A DNA stretch of 64,000 nt from Phoronis australis (Eukaryota > Animalia > Phoronida), in contig NMRA01000137.1 of assembly GCA_002633005.1 (NCBI GenBank), forward strand, positions 682,001-746,000, read 5' to 3'. Position numbers and translations under genes: made by a program. The notes under the pieces are model-generated. The model ran no database searches. It saw only the letters and a list, made by a program, of their open reading frames with translations, and was not told where the DNA came from. Positions 52,344-64,000 of the stretch are shown here, one piece after another. Every line of letters starts with the position of its first letter. Position 1 is the first letter of the stretch.

Positions 52344-55300
52344 CTACAAGAAAAGACCCAGCCTATTGATTGCATGACAGGTCACCATTGATTAACAACA
52401 GGACTTTATTTCCTGTCACACCTGTAACTGATATTCAATTCAACTTTGTATCCAACCCTCAAACAAACAGTAAACCACAACAGACTCCCTTGCAAATTTG
52501 GCAGGTATTCTTATTTCCCAGCAAGACACTCCGTCCATCAAAATGTATTGTCAAGCGCGCTCCCCCCCCCATCCGAACTTAAAAGAACATATATGTCCCC
52601 AGTTTATTTCCTTTTGTACTCAATATCGACAGAGTATTGATGTCGAATCTAGGCAGTATTGGTTTCGTTCTGATTTTCAAATGCTGGTACCCAACCTAGT
52701 AATACAGAATTCTCATAAAACTTTGTTTATTAAACTGATGTTCCCTTTTATAGTTTTACATGCAGAGTACAATCCAAATGAATAAGTTACCATTGTTTTC
52801 TGTCATGGTTTCTGGAAAACACAAAAACATACCGGTATGTTTCTGTTTCTGCTTTGAATGCCCCTTTTCTACTGATGCCGTGATGACAATGTCTTTAGGA
52901 GTTGTCAGTGTGAACATTTAACTTTGGTCCTGGATCAAAGATAACAGGGCCAGTTATGTGTGCAGTAAACAGAAGGATTTAATAGTAGAGCGTTGATGCT
53001 TGGGCGCTGTATGAGCAGTTAGCTTCTGTCTTATTGCAAACGGGACAAAATCCCGCCATTTTTCAGTCGACCTCAAACGTTGCCTTATGCATCATCCTAC
53101 TGTTTCCTACGATAACGACAGGCGTCGCCTACCATGTAGTTCAATGCCGTTAACTAGCGACGCTGGTATGAACGATTTAACTAACTTTGTAGTTTACAAT
53201 AATGCATCATACTGAAGTTGGAATGAATGGGTCTAAAGAGATTCATTTCGCACGTCACAAAGGTGCATTCGCATTCTTTTAAGCAATGAAATTTCTACAT
53301 ATCCTATCCTATGTAAACATGTTGCCGATGTATTCATAAATAATTGACAATTAAACGTGAAAACAAAATAGATGACCTTGCACGAATGACGTACCTTCCG
53401 GGTCGGGTTCACATAGCTTGCATCAGGCAATCTTGTAGTTCCCAGCACCATGTCACTATACTAATACTGGTCACGGTTCAGCGATCATTTTTGCCAAAAA
53501 ACTGGTTCTTAAAACCATTTAGCAACATTCAAGATACAATATATTGTACTTGTGCTTGTAGCTTGTTTGGCCAAACATAAATAAAGCAATAAAGATTTGT
53601 CATTACCAGCCTGCATATTTCACTTGCTTTAAATCAAATTGATGGTTTTAATAACACTTGGATTAGAAGACACAAGAAACATCAAAAACACCCACGAGAA
53701 AACAATAAGCCATCGTCCACCATATCCACCATATGTTACATGAACCACCAATATTACTCTTTGCAAAATGTTACAACAGACACATAAGACGGTATGCACT
53801 CTATAACTCCAAAGTCATTATGACAACTCACTCCATTCACAGTTCACGTGCATACACATGCAGATTTCTTTAAATGACAGGTGGATAAAGGCAATCTTTG
53901 ACCACTTTATCCCAACAGACCTCTGCACTGCCCCAGTCCAGGATCAATTGCAGACAATAAACAAAGGTGGCCCATTTTACAATCTAATGACTGACATCGA
54001 TAAGATAGCTATGATCCAATGGAATCAATAGGTACCTACACCTGATCTAGTTAAGGAGTATTAATATTTGATGTATACTTACCTGACAAGCGAGTAGCTG
54101 GGGTGATTAATTTTTTATGGGAGAACAGTATTAAACATTCTTCCTGGAGTAATAAACGATCAATACACCATGTCGATCAGATAAGCACACAATGTACAGT
54201 GACTGGTATTCACTAACAGGTTGTCCTCTGAATATTTACCTTCTACCTACTCTCATTGTTTATTTCACTGTTTATTCAGATTCCACCAGTTCATTTCACC
54301 AAGTGTCAGAGACAAAACCTCTCAAAAATTTTAACTTGTTTGTAGTGCCTATTGGTGATTTGCTTTACAATTGCGCAACGAAAGATTGAAAATTATACAG
54401 GGACTATGGGCGAGTGCACAAAACCTGTACAACAGACAGTACAGTGGTGTTTTCAGTCAACTTTGTGTTAATGAAAGGCTGCTATCAAACTACAGTGATT
54501 TCAAAAAAGTGAAATTTCAAAGTAAAATGTTCAATTTGCAAATGATTCTTCTTTCCTGATGAAAACTCATCACATCATGCTTTGTGAGATGCTATATATT
54601 TTTATTACAATTCCGTGTTTGTACAATCGAGTTGAACCGAGAGATGAATTACAGCTTTTTATGCCATTTACAAATCTCGAACCAAATTACCTTTTCTCGT
54701 TTGTTTCCATTAGTAACTTGTAATAAAAATTGCCTCAGGTGCACCTTGCAAATACTTTAAGTGTCCGGCTGCACATAGCTTAAGACACATGGTCTTCATT
54801 TTTCAGGTCAAGTCAACTTACATCAGCACTTTAAACCATTTCTTTACCCATAAGTACCCCGTACGTCAAAACCAACTTACAGAGCACCGAAAACCTGACA
54901 GTTGAGGTTGGAAATCGGTTCAAAATCATTTCAGATGAGCTAACTCACAGACTGCAACCTAGACATGGATTATGTACATAGAATGGGTATTGAGTGGAGG
55001 AAATGCAACCCAGAATGGATTCTTTTGACAGTTTGTGTTTACAAACCTGAGTGCCCAATGGTCACATCATCACCACCTACAGTATCTCAACACTATTCTA
55101 TCAATCATTTTTACAATACAAAACCTTCTAAGAGCACCATACAATAACACATGGGATGCGCACTGCATGTAACTTTTGCTAAGAGAATTATAGAGCAAGT
55201 GCTGCAGAGATCTTTTGTACCGTGTAGAAAAGTAAGGAGTCATTTGAACATCCCGTTAAAGGAAAGGGTAATTTGATGACATGGTGGTAATAAAGAATTC

Positions 55301-55420
55301 AATACTACTCTGTTCACAAACTGGCTAAAATGAAAGTGAATTAGATAGCACTTTCTCTATTAGCAAGAATGTCAGTAACATGGAGGTTTGGAAGGGTAAC
55401 TTTCGCACAGGCGGTTCGAA

Positions 55421-56000
55421 TCACTCCAAAACTGTTGGGGGTTTTCGCGAGCAATTTTGTAGCCACAACGCTTACTTCAAAAGGCACACATAGGCAGGGG
55501 TAAAAGGACTTTGTTTTTCATCACATTAATCAATTTATGATGGAGTGAATGCCACTTTGGCATCAGTTTTCACTTTAAAGCGACTTGGCGAAAATGGCCC
55601 CCTTGTAGACAGCTCGTCGGTTTGGCTAAAACGCTAGCTGAAAGTTCAAACATTTTTGCCACTCATATAAACCTATTGTGGGTAAACGCTAGTGTTTTTT
55701 CAGGTACACTTTCACCAGTAACAAAAATGCCAGACATGCAAATGGCTACAAGTCCCATTTTTACTGGTGCTCTAATTGTGACTCAAGTCACCCCAAAACT
55801 GTTGGTGTTTTTGCTTGCACTTTTATAGCTAGATCTCTTACTTTAAAAGACACACAAGCATAGGGGTAAGGGTCTTTATTTATCATTGCTTTTATCAATT
55901 TATGGCTGAGAATGAATCTGTTTTGACATCAATTTTCATTTAAAAGCGATTCGGTGGTGAGAATTTATCTCTTGTGGACAATCATTTGTTTGGCTAAAGC
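55421..56000. repeat. Diverged direct duplication (~220 bp at 55421 and at 55788)
   Basis: TCACYCCAAAACTGTTGG..CTTACTTYAAAAGRCACAC..AGGGGTAA..ATCAATTTATG..CATCARTTTTCA..AAAGCGA..GTTTGGCTAAA in both copies. Confidence 0.7.
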
Positions 56001-57032
56001 GATATCGTTTCAGGCTTCATATTGGTCCAAGTAATCACATGCAATGAGTTTGGTCAGCTCCTGCCTCCCACAGGCTGGTGACTGTCACGTGTCTTCGTCT
56101 ATAGGCGTTTTTCTTTGTTTCCAAACTCACCTGTTTCAGTTGAATTTCTTTGTGTCAGCTACACAGATGAATGTGTTCAAACTCTCATCAGTTTTACCCG
56201 CACAACCACCTCCTCTCCCTTTAGCACCATATTGTGCCTCTGTGTTGCAACAGTTATTGCCAATCTTTCCACAGATTTTTTACCATTTATAATTCCTTTT
56301 CATTCTCATTTTTAGTACTTACTTATTAATGTTGTGATAATAGATAACTTTCTTCCATCAACCGTACTCAATGAGCTTGTGACACACATAATTTCAGAGT
56401 TGGTACATATGTTGGTCACTAAGTCACTACATGTTGAAGTGAAGATACTGTACCTAAGCCCCTTTCCCACTAATTTCCATTCTTTTGCATTACAGGAGTA
56501 CCAGACAATTCGACATCTTATATTCAGTCTTGGACTGATGGTAAAAGCAGAAGTTTTATTGACTGGAAACAGTTGAGATTTTTAACCAGTATGCTTGCCC
56601 AAGGGAAACACAGATCAGCTGTACGTGAAAGTTATAAATTTAGGAGGGATGTGAAATTGGGACTGTTGAGACTGAGCAAGCACAAATCACTAGACAAGTG
56701 CTCCAGACGTTTAATAGCTCAGCGGCTCTGGAAAACCTGGCCACAGATCCATATTCATTGCAACCTATTTGTACCTTCACCTCCTGAACACTGAACACAA
56801 TTTGCTGGTGCCCCATGTAATATGCTCAAAACTACCCATCATGCAAAGCTGTTGTTGGAAGACATGTACTAATGTGATTACGCAATGCATAACAAGGTAG
56901 CTGGTGGTAAATTTAATAACATTTTCCATCCTTCAAGAAAAATGTGCCACTGAGAGTCACTAAGACAAAAGGGAGGCACTACAAAAAGCAACCCTTTCAT
57001 AGAGGTTTGTACCCATAACAAAATGCTTCTTA

Positions 57033-57455
57033 AGTCCCGATTACACTTCAAAAGTTGACACGGATCAGCTGACACGGAACAAGTTGTTCCAGTGTGTAAA
57101 CGGACTGACACGGAGCAAATTGACACCGCGGTGACAAAATTTTGCCACCCGTTTGTGAGGTAGAGCAATTTGCGACCAAACAACTTGTTCCAAGTCAATT
57201 ATATGTCTAAACGCGAAAGTTTGGCAAGGCGGAAAGGATCATCTCTACTGCGCTTGCCTAATGACCTATATATGGGTTCTTTGTCTCTGCAACTCTTGTC
57301 ATTTGTAAACATGCGCATGTGCGATCCAGTCTTTCCAGCCTTTAATTTCCGTCTTGCCACGGTTAGTGAGTTGTGTGTGTAAACGGCCGCTTGACACAGG
57401 TCAATTTGCTCCGTGTCAGTTGCACCTGGCCAAAAGTTGATGTCTAAACGGGACT
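57033..57455. mobile_element. MITE family A copy 2 (inverted relative to copy 1)
   Basis: TIR AGTCCCGATTACAC / GTCTAAACGGGACT; ORF-track peptides 7198-7410(-) and 57170-57382(+) are near identical because of this repeat. Confidence 0.75.
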
Positions 57456-59508
57456 TAGGTCAACTTTTAAACAACCAATTTTCACTTCCCTTGCTCATAG
57501 TATTCCTGCCCTAGGAGTCTGGCCCTTGTCTAAGACACAGACAGGGTGAACTGCTACTTGTGCTTAAGGACATGTCATGTTACCAGCTGCCATGGATGAC
57601 ATGTCAACATTGATTGATTGATCATAACCAGATAACAGGTTTAGCATAAAAAATGTCAAACCTTATTAATTCTGATATTCATTCAGCTATGGTCTTACAC
57701 ACAAAGGCACAGAAAGGCAAACAGGTCATCTGTGCTCAGAAACACTTTATGTCTCAGGACACAAGATTTGGTGTTAAATTTCACCTCATTTATGTTTCAA
57801 CCTTTATTATAGAGTACTTACCGGTACTATGGGCTCAGATGTTTAGTCTATCTGAGCTATGGGCTATGAATTAAAAAAAACTTTAGAATCCCAAGCAGAT
57901 GGAATGGTGTTTTTTACTGCACAAAGGTGCTGATCAGAGTCAGCGGTTGATTCAGAATTTCAAAAATCGGACATCCAAAATTCGCGTTTCCCAGTTTCTT
58001 AGGGATAAAGTGCAAAAAAGTTTATTACAACCCCAAATCAAATTGCGATATAGTTTGGTGCCTACTACTGGGCAGACGTGGTTCAGCAGTCGCACATCCT
58101 TTTTCTAAAACCAACATTTTATTCTGGACAGGCCAATGAGCTCCCAGAGCTGCTGTTAACAAGTTAAAACATACCCGTGCTTATGTGCCTTTTACATCCT
58201 CACATTTGTAATGACCAAATAAAAAGTAGAAAATTACAACTTTGACTATTATTTTTCACCAAATTATGTCAAAAAATACACTTTAAATCTCACCAATTTC
58301 AGGAAAAATATTGCTAACCTTGTTTGTTTTTCATTTTTCACGGGATGCTTCCACTGAAGTGAATGTCCCAAGGTTTCTGAAAACGTCCCACGGTAGCTAC
58401 GGTGTAGAATTTGCAACTGATAAAGCTTATGTTTTGAAGAACTTCTCTTTAACGAAAAAATTTTCAAGGACAAAAATAATTGCCTAAAATGCCCTTTTAT
58501 CATTCAGCAACTGGGCTTCTAACAGTATTGTGGATGTTTGTAATTTTTCAAAAAATTGTCTGATGGTAGGCTGTGGTACAAAACTAGAACATGGAAAGCC
58601 ATGAAACTTGAATATATTTTATGAAAAAAACATAAAATAAATTTCACTTGTCGGCAATATATTGCGTCCTCAATTGGTTATATTTTAATGTATAATCAAC
58701 TGATATTTGCTGATGATCTTGTGATTTTCCCTTCAACCATAAAATTCCCGTCACAGGTGAGTGAGGGGTTGTACTCAAGACACCAAGTGAAGAGCACAGC
58801 TCACACTAAATCCTGACCTAGCAAAGTTGTCATTTATTATAGAGAATGGATGATAATTACCATGGCAACATAAAAAGACACTGAAACCAAAACACGTTTT
58901 TCCTGTTCTGCAGCCTTGATAAGTATTTATCTAAAGCTGACGTCACAACATAATTACATTGTGAGAAGAAACACACAGAGGTGAGGCTGCGCCATACAGT
59001 ACCAAAGGAGAATTAATAAATTATAAAAATCTAGTCTCTCTTCTTCTCAGCAGGCAGAACTCTCTAAGTAGGAACTATGATATTAACGCTAGAGTGACAA
59101 AATTCAACTTTTGATAAAGACAACTTTGGCTGCCACAAAGCAGTAGGGTGATCTTTCAGTTTCGGAAAAATCCTCTGTTGATTAGTGATAACATAAAAAA
59201 CACAAACATTCAATCAAGAAATGGACACCCGAGAATAACCACGTTGAAACACCAATCACACAAGAGCGATGACTTATTGACATAAATATGCAAAATCATT
59301 TCTAAGGTCAACTGAGTTTACGACAAGTTTTATACTGCCAACTGCCTAGTCTATTTTCAGACTACCTTGACACAAAAAGCTTCCCCTTTAAAAATATTAA
59401 AATCACACGAAACTCCCTCAACTGGCCAAAAAATCCCCAGCTCAAGGTTTGGCTCACTTGTAACTCAAACAGGCCATGATTCAAAACAGCACAAAATGTT
59501 TTGGCTAC

Positions 59509-59592
59509 TTGATGCAGAGGGGTGGAAGGGGTTCTATTGATGCTGATCGGTTGATGCAGAGGGGTGGAAGGGGTTCTATTGATGCTGATCGG
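59509..59592. repeat. Perfect 42-bp tandem duplication
   Basis: TTGATGCAGAGGGGTGGAAGGGGTTCTATTGATGCTGATCGG x2. Confidence 0.9.
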
Positions 59593-59811
59593 GAGATAGA
59601 TTTTCTCCTCATCAAAAAAATTTCCCTCTCACAATAAACAGACTTTGCCCATCAGGCAAACGAGTGCTCTGATAAAGTTACTACATACTAGGTTTACCCA
59701 GGCGAAAGTTTGTTCATTCTTCTCTGTTCAGTCTCTACTATAATAAATTTGAGGTAGGTTTTTGCTTCTAAAAGCCTTAGTGCAAAGCTGTATTTATATA
59801 TTATAACTTTC

Positions 59812-59933
59812 GGCATTGGTCGGACATAGCGGTCCCGGATTTTGAGAACCAGGCAATCACGGAATAACGAGCCCGTTATTCAGTGGATGAAACTGGTTCT
59901 CAAAATCAGGGACCACTATATCCGACCAGTGCC
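59812..59933. mobile_element. Palindromic MITE family C (GAGAACCAG / CTGGTTCTC core), most intact copy
   Basis: GGCATTGGTCGGACATAGCGGTCCCGGATTTTGAGAACCAG...CTGGTTCTCAAAATCAGGGACCACTATATCCGACCAGTGCC; degenerate copies at ~4806-4870, 7698-7771, 7805-7853 and 51826-51898. Confidence 0.7.
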
Positions 59934-60609
59934 ATGATATTCTTCGTACAGCCAGCTCGCTATTTTTTTGCTATATCAACCATTACCACTCAGGAGCTCA
60001 AAACTAACAGCTGACTAGTACTAGTATGCCCTATAGCACTGGTCAGATCTAGCGGCTCCTAATTGTGACAAAAATAATCACTGAATACCAAGCCAGTTAC
60101 TCATAGGATGAATGTGCAGGTTCTTGTTTTAATCAGCATATCATCAGCCACTGTAGTCATCCATCGCTACACAACACACACCAGTCACCAGTTGTATTTT
60201 CAGTCACAGTGGAAATATTAACAATTTGTCTGGTGGGCATGAAAATTCAAAGCTTAGGTCGACAATAACTGTCTTACTTTTACTGGTTACTGATGTTAAC
60301 ATTTAGGCGTAACTCACAACTGTGAACAGTCATTAGTCAGATCACGAGACGATTTGATCTGATCAATGGTGAATGACTGAATGAGTTCATCTGATCAAGT
60401 GACTTAGACTTTGAAGTCAGATTTAGCATTGATTTAGCTGATTTTCCAAGAACTTGGACCACTCTCAGATGGACCACTGAATGCAACTCTGGGCCATTAA
60501 TCACTGGTGACTCTCATCACAACAATACGGCCTGCTTCGAACAGTCAGACATGGAACATCAAGTACAATTTACACACCTGTGATGATAAGGACAGACAGT
60601 AAACATCAA

Positions 60610-60944
60610 CTTCCCAGGTCGCGCCGAGAACTTCTAATATATCGCGTTTTCGACGATAATTTGCGAGATGGAGTCTACCAATTAATTTAGGGGCGTACTT
60701 CTTGTTTAAGGTCCGTAATGGTCAAATTGTAATTTGCAGTGTGTAATTTTACTCGTTTTAAAGAATCTTTAAGGATTATTGGCATAATTTAATTTTTTCA
60801 CATCAACCTTACGCACAAAAAACATGGTGAAACAATCGGTGCTGAAGCTGCTTTCCCTTATGGTAAAAAATAGAAGAAAAAACGGACCGCCATATTGGAC
60901 TTTCGTGCGGTTGGTTGGTGTCGTAGGTGAAGAGTCGATAAACA
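60610..60944. promoter_or_regulatory. CpG-enriched promoter region with YY1-type motif CCGCCATATTG (60887-60897); probably bidirectional
   Basis: Local CpG enrichment in a CpG-poor background directly before the PPP4R2 ATG; minus-strand donor GC|gtaagg at 60813/60812. Confidence 0.5.
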
Positions 60945-63900
60945 ATGGAAAATAAAGATGAAATTTTGAGTGCTTTAGATGGTATGTTTGAACGATCTTT
61001 GAGAATTATTAAACGTGTATGTTTTGTGAGGTTTTAGTTTCCTAATCAATGTATTTTATTTCAGAATTTGAGGGAAACCCCCGCACTGAGATCCCACCCG
61101 CGTTGGAAAGATACCTCGTTCACATTGCCAAGACTGGAGAGACGTTGTGAGTATATCCAGAAGACTAATCAAAAAGGTTTGGCGATTTGCCGGTTGAAAA
61201 TTTATAAATGTGAATTGTGAACCCAACTTCCAAGTGTTGGGGTGGTCCTGTGAATTTTTGGTGTCCAAGGAAACCACGGGTGCTTATTTCTCCTCACATT
61301 TTCATTTACTCTTCAGAGCGAGTCTATCCCTCATTCACTCCATGTTGGATCGCTTTCCGACTAGTCTCGTTCAATCTTGTCACTACGTATTGCAATTCTC
61401 AACATCATAGCGCCAGTCTTACGACTGGATTGCTCTGACCTTTTCTTAAGACTGGTGCTATGACTTTGAGAACCGCCACACGTTGTGATGAGACTTGTTG
61501 GAAGGTGAACCAGCATGGAGTGAGTGAGGGTCACGAACCCTTTATCTCTGATGAAGAGTAAATGAAAAGGTGAGCAGGGCTCGACATAACGAGCTAAAGG
61601 TCGCATTTGCGACCTGAAATTTGGAAATGCGAGCTGAGATTTTGGCGAGCTCGCATTAAGTCGCAAAATGCGACCTGGAATTTCCAACGTATGCGAGCTG
61701 AGTTTTTAAACTTCGCGGCAGATACCTGGGAAACACCATAGAGCAACTCGGGTGATTCTGATCGTTATTTGGTTGTTGCCAAATCAAGTTCAAAAGAACA
61801 TTCATGAAAAGCGCTCCCGATGACTTGTAAACATGTCGCATGAACAAGGGAATGCAGAATTGGTCTTTGACACATTTTATTGACCAATACTTTTGGCTTT
61901 TTGCAAATTTCCGGATGTGCCGAAGAAAGTTTCGGACCTCGCCGGAATAACACGTCATAATACGTCAGAAAGCAGCGGTGTTTCTACTAATTCTTAAACG
62001 ACGAAATTACCAAGCTTAGTGCTGGAAAAACATCTATTTTTCATGTAAGGTGTCCTTAATATCAAATTACGGCAACACCCACGGCAATATGCCTGATTGC
62101 ACTGCGGCACTGGTCGGTTCCACTGTTAGTGCCGGAAAGCGGTCCCGGCAGACGATCGTCGTGACTTGGAAAAATGCGTCTCGTTTTTTTATCGTGAAAG
62201 ACAGCAAATGTGAAAATGACATCCGAATTAATCGCCAAACGACGGGCATGTCTTTACGCGCTTTCGGCATAGTAGAAACCCACACCGTCGTTGTTGTGAA
62301 ATTTGCAGTGAATTGTTTCCGCGTATCAATGTCATTCAGCGAGTAGGGCAACGTTTCACGAATTTCTTCCGACAGGATGTTTTTTCAAACGTTAAGTTGA
62401 AAAGTTTGGCCTGCGAACAGATGGAAGGAATTCGCACTCAGCAGAGTTATCAGTCTTTGTATCCTTAACGACTTTGATGACAGTCATATAGCAAGTCAGT
62501 CCTAGAAAAGTCGCGGATATTTTTTCAACATGTATTTTCTTCTTTTTCACGTTGCACACTTAGCCAATCGAATGCATGTGTCGGTTAGAGAGCACTGATT
62601 TAACTTTCACGTCGGCAACTGCCTTGCGCTCCAGGGTCTTTCACTGGATGGCGCCAGTGAAGAATGGTAACGCGGTGCATTCATGATATGCTTGTAAGAA
62701 CTCAGTTTTGCGACATGAAGAGCATAATCTAGGCATTTTCTTATGACGTAAAAGCCAATTTTGGTCCGTAAAAATGGTGGGAAATTTTCGCGACCTGTAA
62801 TTTATGATTGCGAGCTGAATTTTGAAAATGCGACCTAGGATTTTGGCTTGGTCGCAAAATGCGACCTGGCAATTTTCATAGCGTCGAGCCCTGGTGAGTG
62901 GAAATTAGCGCCTTTGAAGGAAACTATCCACCGTTACATGATTACTCTAGTTAGTCAGCTAGTTGGTTAGGCGGCGCTATCGTCTCTTATAGGCGCTTCA
63001 TACACCTGAAGGTTTTCAGTGAATTATGCCTCACACTGATTAATCCGTCTAAGTCACGTTGCTCTAGGTACCTTTTGCGCATGGGGGGACACCTTAGGAG
63101 GCCATCGACGTCTAATTCCTTCCAACTCGAACAAATACTCCTTTAATCAAACTGTACCTCGAGCAGTCTTTCGTTCGGTTGCCGAAATTGGCAACTGGTA
63201 GTTTTTACAGTGCAGGTGCCTGGAGATTGACTTCATATCACCGTGTATGCTGCTCAGTAAAGGCAGTGACACTGTCTAGCTAGCTGGTAGCTGTATAGAC
63301 TAGAGAGTACCACTGTCTGAACTGACTCCATTAGAGATGGTGGTCATCCCATGGGCCCTTCATGCACCAAAAGCTTTTTGACAAATTGTGATTAAGCCAT
63401 CAAAGTCACATTGCTATAAGTATCTTTTGTGCACCTTAGGAGGCCATTGATGTCTCGAAATCTTCCCAGTTCAAACAAATACTCCCACAATCAAACTTTT
63501 TTCAAACAGTCCACCGTTCCGTTGTCCAAATCGGCAACTAGCCGTTTTTATACTAGTCGCGCCAGGGGATATGACGTCACATGTTAGCCTCTGTCCGTCC
63601 TGTCCTGTTCCTTTTGGTGCATGAAATAACTTACTACCCATTTTAAACCAACTGGTTTTTGAGTTTTTTTATTCCAAAGTCATTTCCAATTTTGTGTTAC
63701 AGGTGTAGACCAGTTTGTCAGTTGCAGTAAAATCCCACCAGATAATATGATTGATAAGTGAAATTTTATTTTTTTCATTTTTTTCTTGAAAGATAACTCG
63801 CACCAAATTTATTTATTGCTTTACCATGTTCAAACTCTATACCCTGTCATCAGATATTTTTAAATGAGACCATTCACAACAATGTCACAGGCAAATGAAA

Positions 63901-64000
63901 CATGAAGAAATGGCCGTTTCGGCAAATATGTTTGTCCGAAATTGGGGAGCTCTTACTGTATACCATTAAATGGCGAGTCGTATTTACGTTGCAGGTTTCC
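60945..64000 (+). CDS. PPP4R2: Serine/threonine-protein phosphatase 4 regulatory subunit 2, 5' part; exons 60945-60981, 61065-61146, 63995 to beyond window end
   Basis: Spliced translation MENKDEILSALD|EFEGNPRTEIPPALERYLVHIAKTGET|LFP matches the PPP4R2 N-terminus (human ...[37 protein letters not shown]). Canonical sites G|gtatgt, ttcag|AA, TT|gtgagt, ttgcag|G with consistent phases. Not present in the supplied ORF track. Confidence 0.88.
61278..62912. mobile_element. Palindromic MITE (~310 bp without the insert) interrupted by the hAT-like element
   Basis: Left arm GGTGCTTATTTC..CTCACATTTTCATTTACTCTTCA..CCCTCATTCACTCCATG..TCATAGCGCCAGTCTTA is mirrored by TAAGACTGGTGCTATGA..CATGGAGTGAGTGAGGG..TGAAGAGTAAATGAAAAGGTGAG[insert]TGGAAATTAGCGCC. 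Confidence 0.7.
61575..62893. mobile_element. hAT-like (hAT5-type, 5-bp TSD) non-autonomous DNA transposon in PPP4R2 intron 2
   Basis: TIR CAGGGCTCGAC...GTCGAGCCCTG; TSD GTGAG at 61570-61574 and 62894-62898; multiple subterminal TGCGACC/GGTCGCA/TGCGAGCTGA motifs at both ends; CpG-rich. Confidence 0.8.
63090..63582. repeat. Diverged ~150-bp direct repeat (63090-63240 and 63432-63582), probably transposon-end fragments
   Basis: CACCTTAGGAGGCCATYGAYGTCT...AACAAATACTCC..ATCAAACT...CGTTC.GTTG...GGCAACT in both copies. Confidence 0.7.

Noticed and set aside
63703-63757. Alternative second exon for the 60945 gene (GVDQFVSCSKIPPDNMID)
   Set aside because: Weak donor and no family similarity; exon 61065-61146 gives the PPP4R2 match and joins 63995 in the correct phase.

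Overview
Intron-rich, AT-rich eukaryotic DNA, most likely from an invertebrate bilaterian (taxon not determinable from the sequence). Three genes can be reconstructed by hand from splice signals. (1) The 3' part of a PDZRN3/PDZRN4 (LNX3/4)-family gene on + (6 exons, 508-22616). (2) A complete 17-coding-exon gene on - (49358-28065, ~2102 aa) with an unusual architecture: N-terminal predicted coiled coil, a single 4.17-kb exon encoding a ~1390-aa RG/RGG-, Gly/Ser- and acidic low-complexity region, a PH domain, and a C-terminal divergent actin-fold (actin-related protein) domain. (3) The first three exons of PPP4R2 on + (60945 to window end), head-to-head with gene 2. Introns carry a Kolobok-type element with a decayed THAP domain, a 5-bp-TSD hAT-like element nested in a palindromic MITE, several MITE families and tandem repeats. 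The most interesting object is the giant IDR-PH-actin fusion gene, which sits inside a PDZRN3-PPP4R2 linkage that also exists in vertebrates.
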